From an uncultured Alphaproteobacteria bacterium (GTDB lineage Bacteria; Pseudomonadota; Alphaproteobacteria; HIMB59; GCA-002718135): a stretch of DNA of 64,000 nucleotides. The notes beneath the pieces were generated by a model. It worked only from the letters and a program-made list of their open reading frames with translations, had not been told where the DNA came from and did not search any database. The position numbers and the translations under genes were made by a program. Positions 28,289 to 36,676 of this stretch are shown one piece after another. The stretch covers positions 13,924 to 77,923 of the forward strand of contig CACIQI010000001.1 in NCBI GenBank assembly GCA_902588745.1, in the 5' to 3' direction. Position 1 is the first letter of the stretch. The number at the start of each line of letters is the position of its first letter.

Positions 28289-29137
28289 TTAGTAGTGTTT
28301 ATATATTTTCTTTAGAACAATATCAATTTGGTTAAATTTAAAATTTGGGATTATATTTTGTATTCTTGATTTTTGAAAAGCTCGATATCCATTATGAGGC
28401 ATCTTTCCAGATCTCTTAGTAAAAATAATATTAATGTTTTTATTTGAAGTTTTTTTAATTATTTTAGCTATTTGAAAAAAAGAAAAAACTTTCCCAGAAG
28501 TTGCATTAATTTTTCCATAAATATTTTTTTTGATAATAATAAATATAATTTTAGCCAGATCATTTACCCAAATGTGATCTCTTTTTTCTTCACCTTTTCC
28601 AAAAAGAACAATATCTGAATTTTGTTTTGCTAATCTCACAAACTTATTAGGGCCATAACCATTATGAGGATCTTTGCTTCCATAAACAAGTGTTGGCCTA
28701 ACTATAGTTAATTTAATATTTAGAGTTTCTAATAATTTCTCTCTAGTCAAATGCATTATACCATGCAAAGAATCTGGATCTGTGATTGATCTTTCATTAA
28801 TTTTTTTAGAAGAATCTGCATATACTGCGTCAGAACTCACATATATTAAATGTTTAATTTTTTTATTATCTATACCAGCTATAAAGTTATTTAACATTGT
28901 TAAATTTTCATTAAACATTTTTAAATTTTTAACAGGTGCTTTTGCTGAAATAAAAATAATTACATCATTTTCATAAATTGTTTCTTTAATCTTTTTAATT
29001 GAAGATTTTTTAAGTAAATTTAGGTTTTGACTAGATAATGCTTTGTTTTGAATTTTTTTTTTATTTAACAAACTAATTATATTTTCAGCAATAAATCCAT
29101 TTTTACCAAAAATAACAACTCTTGATTTTTTATTCAT
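28289..29137 (-). CDS. atypical SDR-fold protein (epimerase/dehydratase-like, YxxxK replaced)
   Basis: 282 aa with IFGKNGFIAENI and SSDAVYA. The expected P.YG..K..E site reads SLHGIMHLTRE (His/His instead of Tyr/Lys). Confidence 0.6.
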   Translation of the reverse strand: MNKKSRVVIFGKNGFIAENIISLLNKKKIQNKALSSQNLNLLKKSSIKKIKETIYENDVIIFISAKAPVKNLKMFNENLTMLNNFIAGIDNKKIKHLIYVSSDAVYADSSKKINERSITDPDSLHGIMHLTREKLLETLNIKLTIVRPTLVYGSKDPHNGYGPNKFVRLAKQNSDIVLFGKGEEKRDHIWVNDLAKIIFIIIKKNIYGKINATSGKVFSFFQIAKIIKKTSNKNINIIFTKRSGKMPHNGYRAFQKSRIQNIIPNFKFNQIDIVLKKIYKHY

Positions 29138-29140
29138 AAT

Positions 29141-30388
29141 TTAAATAATTCTATATACTTCAATAGATTGATTTTTTGTTGGTTTAACAACAGAAAAAGG
29201 GTCTATTATTATTTTTTTATCTTTAATCATTATATTATTTAAGTCTATTTTTTTATATTCATTTAAATCTAACATTACAAATATAATATTTGATTTTTTA
29301 ATTAGATCTTTAATATTTTTAATTGATACACCATGAATATTTTTGATATTTTCACTTAATATAGAATCATGAACAAAAATTTTATTTGTTTTATTTTTTA
29401 TTTTTTTAATAAGATTTATTGAGGGGCTATTTTTTATTGAATTTGTATTTTTTTTATATGTAAGGCCAAGAACACCGACATGCAATTTATTTAAATTTTT
29501 ATTTTTTGAAACTTTAGAGAAAATATTATAACACCAATTTTTATAATAATTTGATAAATATTCAAAAGTTTGAAAAAGATGGATAGCTGATTTATTTTTT
29601 TTGCCTAAAGAAATTATGGAGTTTAAATCTCTCTCCAAATTTCCACCTGATATTCCAAGACCAGGATTTAAATATGCATCTTTGCCAATTCTAGAATCTA
29701 GATTTAAAGCTAATTTGATATCATTCCAATTAGCCCCTATTTTTTTTGATATTTCAGCAATTGAATTAGTGGTTGTAACTTGAGAAATTAAATACAAATT
29801 TATTGCAATTTTGCATAATTCAGCACTTTCATAATTCATATATAAAATTGGACACTTAAACTTTTTTAAAAAAGAATTATAGATTGTTGGAATTTTATTA
29901 TTATTATTCTTTCCAACTATAATTCTTTCTGGATTTAAAGCTCTTTGAAAGGCTTTGCCAAAAATTAAAGTTTCAACTTGATAAAATAGTTTATTTTTTG
30001 GCCAGTTTATTCTTCTTGTGAAACCCGGCGGTATTTGACATAAAATAATTAATATAATATTTTTGTTTAAATTTTTGATAATCTTTTTTAGTATGTTATT
30101 TATTTCTGAATAATTACTTTTGCCCTTGCTATTTGTTTTAATATCTATTGAAATATAAACAATACTGGCTTTATTCATATGAAGAATATTATTTGTAAAA
30201 AATATTTTGTTACTATTTTTTTTATAAAGCTTATTTAAGTTTGGCTCCTTAATATCAAAATTAGATTTTTTAAAATTATCAATTTTTTTAATGTCATTAT
30301 CGTAACAAATTACATCGTATTTTTTTTCAGCTGCAGAAATTGAAGACACTATACCTAAATGTGTCATACCTATAAAACCAATTTTCAT
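29141..30388 (-). CDS. UDP-glucose/GDP-mannose dehydrogenase-family protein lacking the catalytic cysteine
   Basis: 415 aa with three-domain family colinearity (IGFIGMTHLG, AELCKIAIN, DSRIG). The catalytic motif reads NPGLGISGGNLERD where family members have ..GGxCLPKD. Confidence 0.7.
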   Translation of the reverse strand: MKIGFIGMTHLGIVSSISAAEKKYDVICYDNDIKKIDNFKKSNFDIKEPNLNKLYKKNSNKIFFTNNILHMNKASIVYISIDIKTNSKGKSNYSEINNILKKIIKNLNKNIILIILCQIPPGFTRRINWPKNKLFYQVETLIFGKAFQRALNPERIIVGKNNNNKIPTIYNSFLKKFKCPILYMNYESAELCKIAINLYLISQVTTTNSIAEISKKIGANWNDIKLALNLDSRIGKDAYLNPGLGISGGNLERDLNSIISLGKKNKSAIHLFQTFEYLSNYYKNWCYNIFSKVSKNKNLNKLHVGVLGLTYKKNTNSIKNSPSINLIKKIKNKTNKIFVHDSILSENIKNIHGVSIKNIKDLIKKSNIIFVMLDLNEYKKIDLNNIMIKDKKIIIDPFSVVKPTKNQSIEVYRII

Positions 30389-31290
30389 TTGAGACTTTTT
30401 ATTATCTTATAATTATTGATTTGCTCACTCAAATCTAAAATTCTTCTTTTCTTTACTAAATTAAAAAAATGCTTATGTTCAATTTTCCAAGTAGGATCAC
30501 CAAATGGTTCAATAAATTTTTTTTCCTTTGGTATACCAGAGGGCAATATTCTTTTCCTTAAATACAAAGTCGAATCAGACCATTTACATAGATTATGTAC
30601 ATGTATTGAGCCTTTTTGCCCAACAATTTCACAACTAAAGTTATTTTTCCATGATGTTAAACTCATATCAAGATAATATTTAATTTTTGTATTATCTGAA
30701 ACTATAAAAGCATTATCGTAAGAATTGTTTTCAAATTTTGAAAAATTTATTTTTCTAAATTTTAATTTGTAATCTTTAAACCAAAAATAAATTAAATCAA
30801 TGAGATGTGAGCCAAGATCAGATAAAACACCATCTCCTTTATCTCTCCATAAACTTTGTTTTACTAATCTAGCTGTTCCATTACCATAGAATATTTTACA
30901 GTAATAAATCTTTCCTAATATTTTTTTATCTATATATTTTTTTACTCTAAGAAGATTAGGTTCAAATCTGTGATTGTAAGCAACATATAATACAATTTTT
31001 TTTTGTATAATTTGAGTGTTTATTCTTTGAAGTATTTTTTCATTTTTGAAATAAAGAGGTTTTTCTATTAAAATATGTTTTGAAAATTTTATACAAAAAT
31101 TAATTAATTCAAATTTATTATAGTCAGGGGTACAAATAAAAACAGAATTATAATCGTTTATTGGCACATCATTAATTTTTTTATAATTTGCTTTTTTGTT
31201 TATTGGATCAACAGTAGCTACTACATACTTCTTTAAAAATTTTAACCTTTTTAATCCTTGAGTGCCAAGACCTACAATAATTATTTTCAT
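30385..31290 (-). CDS. Gfo/Idh/MocA-family oxidoreductase
   Basis: 301 aa with MKIIIVGLGTQG and LIEKP. It has a 4-nt overlap with the downstream dehydrogenase homolog. Confidence 0.75.
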   Translation of the reverse strand: MKIIIVGLGTQGLKRLKFLKKYVVATVDPINKKANYKKINDVPINDYNSVFICTPDYNKFELINFCIKFSKHILIEKPLYFKNEKILQRINTQIIQKKIVLYVAYNHRFEPNLLRVKKYIDKKILGKIYYCKIFYGNGTARLVKQSLWRDKGDGVLSDLGSHLIDLIYFWFKDYKLKFRKINFSKFENNSYDNAFIVSDNTKIKYYLDMSLTSWKNNFSCEIVGQKGSIHVHNLCKWSDSTLYLRKRILPSGIPKEKKFIEPFGDPTWKIEHKHFFNLVKKRRILDLSEQINNYKIIKSLK

Positions 31291-32837
31291 TAACTTGAAT
31301 AATTAACTTTTTTTTCAATCTCATTTAATTTGGTAAGTACATGGGAAGTTTTTACAGGAATATTACCATCGTACTCGCATTCACATGCAGCTGCAATAGA
31401 GCCTAGAATGGAGGAAATAACAAGTGATTTTGACGATAACATAGATAGTGTTGAGTATGCTAATAATGCATCTCCAGCACCAACAGGATCAACAATATTA
31501 TTTACAAATGAATCTAGCGAGAAATATGAATTGTTAGACTTATTTTTGTATGTATTACAAAATACACCCTTAGAACCTAATTTTAAAATTAAATGTTTGT
31601 ATTTGCAATTATCATACAATAACTGTGATAGCTGACCGACTGTTGCATCTTGGTTTGCAAGTGCAAATCTTGATTCCCTTTCATTTGGCGTAATAAGATC
31701 AAATCCTTTAAAATCAGTTATATTACCCCATCGACTTGCTACTTGACTATCTGCAACCTTAAAGGTTTTTTTTGATATAGCTTTTGTTAATTTATTTGTA
31801 CTTATTTGATTAAAGATCCCATGTCTAAAATCACTAAAAACAACAGCATTAGATTTATCTTTTTTTAAAGATGAACATAAGAAATCAATAATTTCACTTG
31901 AAATTGGCCTGTTATCAAGTGTGTCGACCTTTAATAGTCTATAATCTGAAGCAATAAAGACATTTTTATTTGTTGTAGGTCTTGTATTATCTATGTAAAA
32001 ATTAGTAATAATTTTAGTTTTTTTAAATTGATTTAAAACAAATTTTTTTAGATTATCGTTACCTAAAACTGTTGAGAAAATTACTTTTGCCCCAGCAGAG
32101 TCTAAATGTTTTGATACTATTCCTGCGCCACCAACATAATCTTCTTTACTGTTGAAATGAAGACTGAATGTAGGTGTTTTAGTTTGACCACCAATTAAAG
32201 TGGTTCTAGTATAAGTGTCTACAATTGTATCCCCAATGACATGTACCTTTAGTTTTTTGAAATCCATTAAAGTTTTTTTTAAAGTTTCAAAATTAATTTT
32301 CTCTTTATGCATTAACATTATTAATTTTTCTAATCCAACTTCAGGAAGTGACTTATTTAAAAATTTTGAGGATGAATAAACAACATCTCCAGGTGTAAAA
32401 ATAATATTTCCACCGTATGATTTTAAGGCCTTAATTTCTTCTTGTGTTGCTTTAGGTAATCCAGCTGATGAATATTCAAATCCTTTTGCAAAATAATTTG
32501 GTCTTATTAATTTTATATTATTAATAGGGGTCGAATTTTTATCTATAACAACGTAATCAACCATTTCAAATGCTGCTAAATTTAAAGCTCTTAAATTTTC
32601 AGGAATATGAGGTCTATAGGTGCCTTTTTTTATATGTTTGTCACATGTAAGCGAAACTATTAGTTTATCAGCTTTAGTTTTAGCATACGTTAAATGTCTT
32701 ACATGCCCTGGATGAACTACATCAAATACGCCATGACACATTATGAAATTAAAATTTTTATTATTCTTTACAATTTTTTTTAATTGGCTTGAAGTTTTTA
32801 TCTTGTAGCTATATTTTTTTATTAATTCAGAAGACAT
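31290..32837 (-). CDS. bifunctional sugar-phosphate nucleotidyltransferase / PfkB sugar kinase (HldE-like with swapped domain order)
   Basis: 515 aa. The N-terminal CHGVFDVVHPGHVRHL is the HxGH cytidylyltransferase fold. The C-terminal VIGDTIVDTY..GGAGIV...DPVGAGDALLA is the PfkB kinase. Confidence 0.8.
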   Translation of the reverse strand: MSSELIKKYSYKIKTSSQLKKIVKNNKNFNFIMCHGVFDVVHPGHVRHLTYAKTKADKLIVSLTCDKHIKKGTYRPHIPENLRALNLAAFEMVDYVVIDKNSTPINNIKLIRPNYFAKGFEYSSAGLPKATQEEIKALKSYGGNIIFTPGDVVYSSSKFLNKSLPEVGLEKLIMLMHKEKINFETLKKTLMDFKKLKVHVIGDTIVDTYTRTTLIGGQTKTPTFSLHFNSKEDYVGGAGIVSKHLDSAGAKVIFSTVLGNDNLKKFVLNQFKKTKIITNFYIDNTRPTTNKNVFIASDYRLLKVDTLDNRPISSEIIDFLCSSLKKDKSNAVVFSDFRHGIFNQISTNKLTKAISKKTFKVADSQVASRWGNITDFKGFDLITPNERESRFALANQDATVGQLSQLLYDNCKYKHLILKLGSKGVFCNTYKNKSNNSYFSLDSFVNNIVDPVGAGDALLAYSTLSMLSSKSLVISSILGSIAAACECEYDGNIPVKTSHVLTKLNEIEKKVNYSS

Positions 32838-32842
32838 AATTT

Positions 32843-33838
32843 TTAAGACATATATTTAAACCATGATTTTGTAGCTTTATCTATATTTTTTTTATTCCAC
32901 AAGGGTGCATCTTGCCATTTATTAATTTCCTTGAGCATATTTTTAACACCTTTTTCAAACTTTACTTTAGGTTTCCATTTTAAAAATTTAGATATTTTTT
33001 CATTAGATGACCATGTACAATCTGGCTCACCTGGTCTTTTAGGTAAATAAGTTTTTTCCCCGCCTATGATATCTGCTAAGAGATTGATACTTTGAGGATT
33101 ATTTGCTCCTAAGTTAAAAATTTGATTATTTACTCTACTTTCTGCAGCTTTCACAAAAGCGTTTGCAACATCAGTAACATAAACAAAATCTCTTTTTTGT
33201 TCTCCATTTCCAACTATTGTTAAGGGTTTACCAGAAAGTTTTTGTTTAAAGAAAACACCAAAAACAGCACCATAAACTCCAGTTGTCCTAACTCTTGTTC
33301 CATAAGCGTTAAATATTCTAAGGGATATGTAATTCTGTTTATAAACTTTATGATAATGAATTATCAATTGTTCTCCCTGATATTTACTTAAAGCATAAGG
33401 ATACAATGGGTTGATTTTATGGCCTTCATTTGTTGGCGTTTTTGCTAAACCATAGCATGAAGATGAGGCGGCATATATTATTTTTTTAATATTATTGTTT
33501 CTTGCAGATTCAAGAATATTTAATGTTCCAAAAACATTAGTATTAAAGTATTTTTTTGGATTTTCGATTGAGGGTACAATATCTCCTTTCCCAGCAAAAT
33601 GAAAAACATAATCTACATCCTTAAAAAAACTACTGTTTGGTGAAATATTAATAATATTTTTTTTTTCTAACAATAGATTTTTGTTTCTTTTATGGTGAAT
33701 TAAATTATTTTCATGACCACCCGACAAATCATCTAATATTCTTACTTTATAATTTTTTTTTAATAATAAATCCACTGTATGACTGCCAATAAATCCAGCT
33801 CCTCCTGTAACGACAGCAGTCTTTTTTCTATTTGGCAT
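32843..33838 (-). CDS. NAD-dependent nucleotide-sugar epimerase/dehydratase (extended SDR)
   Basis: 331 aa with VTGGAGFIGSH and YALSKYQGE (YxxxK). Confidence 0.8.
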   Translation of the reverse strand: MPNRKKTAVVTGGAGFIGSHTVDLLLKKNYKVRILDDLSGGHENNLIHHKRNKNLLLEKKNIINISPNSSFFKDVDYVFHFAGKGDIVPSIENPKKYFNTNVFGTLNILESARNNNIKKIIYAASSSCYGLAKTPTNEGHKINPLYPYALSKYQGEQLIIHYHKVYKQNYISLRIFNAYGTRVRTTGVYGAVFGVFFKQKLSGKPLTIVGNGEQKRDFVYVTDVANAFVKAAESRVNNQIFNLGANNPQSINLLADIIGGEKTYLPKRPGEPDCTWSSNEKISKFLKWKPKVKFEKGVKNMLKEINKWQDAPLWNKKNIDKATKSWFKYMS

Positions 33839-34829
33839 TAATTTTTAGTAATTTTTTGACATTAAAATAATTTTCATTTTCAAATGTATCTATAGCAACT
33901 TGTTTCTTAAAATTTAAACATAATTCTTCTATTGCATTTTCTAATGTATATTGTGGAGAATATCCTAATATTTCCTTAATTTTGTCAGAATTAATGTGAT
34001 ACGACCTATTATCATCACTTGGAGTTTTAATCATTTCAATTTCAAAGCCAGGGAAAAATTTATTTTCAACTACATTTTTTACTTTTTGTGCAATTTCATT
34101 AATAGATAGATTTTGATATCCAACATTGAAAATCTGATTTTCTATAAGATGTTTAGGAGCTTCTAATAATAATTTTACAGCATTACAATAATCTTTAACA
34201 TGTAAGTTTGGTCTTAGTTGGTCACCACCAAAAATTTTAATGAATTTTTTATTGTACGCAAAATTTGTTAGTATATTTACAGATAGATCTAGTCTTAACC
34301 TAGGAGCGTATCCACATACAGTTGCGGGTCTAAATATTACTCCTTCGAATTTGTCATCTGTATGTTTAAGTAGAATTGGTTCACATAAACCTTTAAATTT
34401 ATTATAAAGAGTAAGAGGAAGTAAAGGATGATCCTCTTTAACATCTTTTTTATCGGAAACACCATAAACAGAACTAGATGAAGCATATATAAATCTTTTA
34501 ATACCTGCTTTCTTAGCTGCAAGAACCATTGGTTCAAAGGCATCATAATTAACGCTTGTAGATAAATTTTCATCTAATTCAAAACTCGCATCATTTGAAA
34601 TACATGCAAGGCTGACAAAATAATCATGATCTTTTGCGCATTCATTTATTTTATTACTGTCTCTTATATCGCCTTTTATTATTTTTAAGTTTTGATTTTT
34701 TTTTGGCAGGAATTCATCCCCAAAATACATAATATCATAAACTGTTACAAAGTATCCTGAATCTAGCAACAATGGTACTAGTTGACTTCCGCAATATCCT
34801 GCACCACCTGTAATGAAAACTTTTTTCAT
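33828..34829 (-). CDS. NAD-dependent nucleotide-sugar epimerase/dehydratase (extended SDR)
   Basis: 333 aa with ITGGAGYCGS, SSSSVYG and YNKFK (YxxxK). Confidence 0.8.
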   Translation of the reverse strand: MKKVFITGGAGYCGSQLVPLLLDSGYFVTVYDIMYFGDEFLPKKNQNLKIIKGDIRDSNKINECAKDHDYFVSLACISNDASFELDENLSTSVNYDAFEPMVLAAKKAGIKRFIYASSSSVYGVSDKKDVKEDHPLLPLTLYNKFKGLCEPILLKHTDDKFEGVIFRPATVCGYAPRLRLDLSVNILTNFAYNKKFIKIFGGDQLRPNLHVKDYCNAVKLLLEAPKHLIENQIFNVGYQNLSINEIAQKVKNVVENKFFPGFEIEMIKTPSDDNRSYHINSDKIKEILGYSPQYTLENAIEELCLNFKKQVAIDTFENENYFNVKKLLKINAK

Positions 34830-34831
34830 AA

Positions 34832-35557
34832 TTATTTTATTTTATATCCAGCATTAGAAGCATCATTAAAAAACATTTTAACAGTATCTAGAGAAAATTC
34901 GTTCAAATCTTTTCCTATAGATTCTAACTTAGAAAGTAAATTTATTGGTACTGTGATAATATCGGTTTTAGTCTCTATTGCTTGAAAAATATTTAATAGC
35001 TCTCTAGGACTGGCCCATAGTAATTCACAATTTTTATTTAAATTTGTTCTATCTGAACATTCTTTCATTATCGTCATTGGATCAATTCCTGTATCAGCTA
35101 TTCTTCCTGCAAAAACTGATAGAATCAATGGCGTATCTACCTCACCAATTTCTTTCAACAAGGTATTTAATTGATTAAAAGTAAAAATTGCAGTTACATT
35201 ACATTTAACACCACTAAGAAGAAGATCTTTTACTAGATTATTGGTCGATATCCCTTTTGTATTTGTGATAGGAATTTTGACATATACATTTTCACCCCAA
35301 CTAGAAATTATTTTTGCTTGTTCATTCATTTCATCAATATCGTCAGCAAATACTTCAAAAGAAATTGATTTTTCATTACTAATGTTTTTAATTAATTTTT
35401 TAGCAAAATCGTTATAATCTTCAACTCCGGCATTCTTCATAAGAGTTGGATTTGTTGTAAAACCTTTTATCAATTTATTTTCATTTAACTCTAACATGCC
35501 TTTAAAATCGGCGCCATCAGCAAAAATTTTGATATTATCTAGATTATCTACCATCAA
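34832..35557 (-). CDS. transaldolase / fructose-6-phosphate-aldolase-family enzyme
   Basis: 241 aa with FADGADF, GFTTNPTLM and VYVKIP (Schiff-base Lys context). Confidence 0.8.
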   Translation of the reverse strand: MMVDNLDNIKIFADGADFKGMLELNENKLIKGFTTNPTLMKNAGVEDYNDFAKKLIKNISNEKSISFEVFADDIDEMNEQAKIISSWGENVYVKIPITNTKGISTNNLVKDLLLSGVKCNVTAIFTFNQLNTLLKEIGEVDTPLILSVFAGRIADTGIDPMTIMKECSDRTNLNKNCELLWASPRELLNIFQAIETKTDIITVPINLLSKLESIGKDLNEFSLDTVKMFFNDASNAGYKIK

Positions 35558-36086
35558 ATTTTAAAATAAAGTTTGTTGCGTCAAATAAATTTTTAAATGT
35601 TTTATAGTTATTTATATTCGATTCCTCAATTAAATCATTTTTAATAAATATTGGAGTGCATCCAGCTTTTCTTCCTGCAACCATATCAGAATGCCTATCT
35701 CCAATCATGAAACTTCGTTTTAAATTGATTTGATACTTTCTGGCTAGATCAGTAATCATTTTTGGCTTAGGTTTTCTACAATCACAATTTGCAGTTTGAC
35801 TATGAAAGCAATATTTTATTTCATCTATTTTTACTTCTTTTAATATTTTGGCATTCATTTTAAAAATAATTTCTTTTTTAATTTTTTTATTTCCAACATC
35901 TGGCTGATTACTTACTATAAAAATTTTATATTTTTTTTTTTTTAATTTAATTATTGCATCAATAGATCTATTTATAAATTTAAAATCTGAGATATTTTTT
36001 GGAGCAAAGCATTTATTATTAATGTATATACATTCATTTACTACACCATCGCGATCTAAAAAAACAGCGATATTATTTTCTACCAT
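35544..36086 (-). CDS. gmhB: D,D-heptose 1,7-bisphosphate phosphatase-type HAD phosphatase
   Basis: 180 aa with FLDRDGVVN, the zinc motif CFH...CDCRKPKP and GDRHSD. Confidence 0.85.
   Translation of the reverse strand: MVENNIAVFLDRDGVVNECIYINNKCFAPKNISDFKFINRSIDAIIKLKKKKYKIFIVSNQPDVGNKKIKKEIIFKMNAKILKEVKIDEIKYCFHSQTANCDCRKPKPKMITDLARKYQINLKRSFMIGDRHSDMVAGRKAGCTPIFIKNDLIEESNINNYKTFKNLFDATNFILKFDGR
35931..35943. repeat. 13-nt A/T homopolymer inside the gmhB coding sequence
   Basis: Read directly: T13 on the plus strand (A13 in the mRNA sense, encoding LKKKKY). It is the longest homopolymer I noticed in the window. Confidence 0.9.
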
Positions 36087-36676
36087 TTAGTTTTATTAGC
36101 TTGTAGCAAGGGATGAGATACAAGACAATGCCAAACAACAGATTGAAATGACTCTGATATAGGTGTAATTAATTTTTGATCTTGTGATTCTATCAAAATA
36201 GAAACATTAGAATTTTTTGCAGCATATCCATTTTTTTTTCCAATAATTGAGAAAATCTTGGATTTTTTCAATTTTGCAAACTTTATAGCGTTTACAATAT
36301 TAATACTAACTCGTTTTTTTATATTTCCTCCTCCAACAGAAAAAATTAATATGGCATCCTTATTATTTAATTTACTAATTTTTAACCATTCTGAAATACT
36401 ACTATCCCATCCTTCATCATTAATTCTTGCTGTTAATTCGGATACATTATCAATTGGAGAATAAGTTTCAATTTTGCATAATTTTCTAAAATCATTTACT
36501 GCATGTGATGCATTTCCCGCACTTCCTCCTACACCTATAATAAAAAGTCTTCCATTTTTTTTTCTCAAATTAGAAAGTTGATAAGCTAATTTTTCAATTT
36601 TATTATAATCAATATTTTTAGAAGAAAGAATAATATTGCTAAAATAATTTTCTATGTGGTTAGTCATTATGATCAC
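36080..36676 (-). CDS. gmhA: SIS-domain sugar-phosphate isomerase (phosphoheptose isomerase type)
   Basis: 198 aa with GVGGSAGNASHAVNDF and FSVGGGN. It is translationally coupled to gmhB. Confidence 0.8.
   Translation of the reverse strand: MIIMTNHIENYFSNIILSSKNIDYNKIEKLAYQLSNLRKKNGRLFIIGVGGSAGNASHAVNDFRKLCKIETYSPIDNVSELTARINDEGWDSSISEWLKISKLNNKDAILIFSVGGGNIKKRVSINIVNAIKFAKLKKSKIFSIIGKKNGYAAKNSNVSILIESQDQKLITPISESFQSVVWHCLVSHPLLQANKTKW

Noticed and set aside
34337-34573. 78-aa minus-strand ORF nested in another frame of the SDR gene 33828-34829.
   Set aside because: It is an out-of-frame overlap inside a confident CDS, with no motifs.
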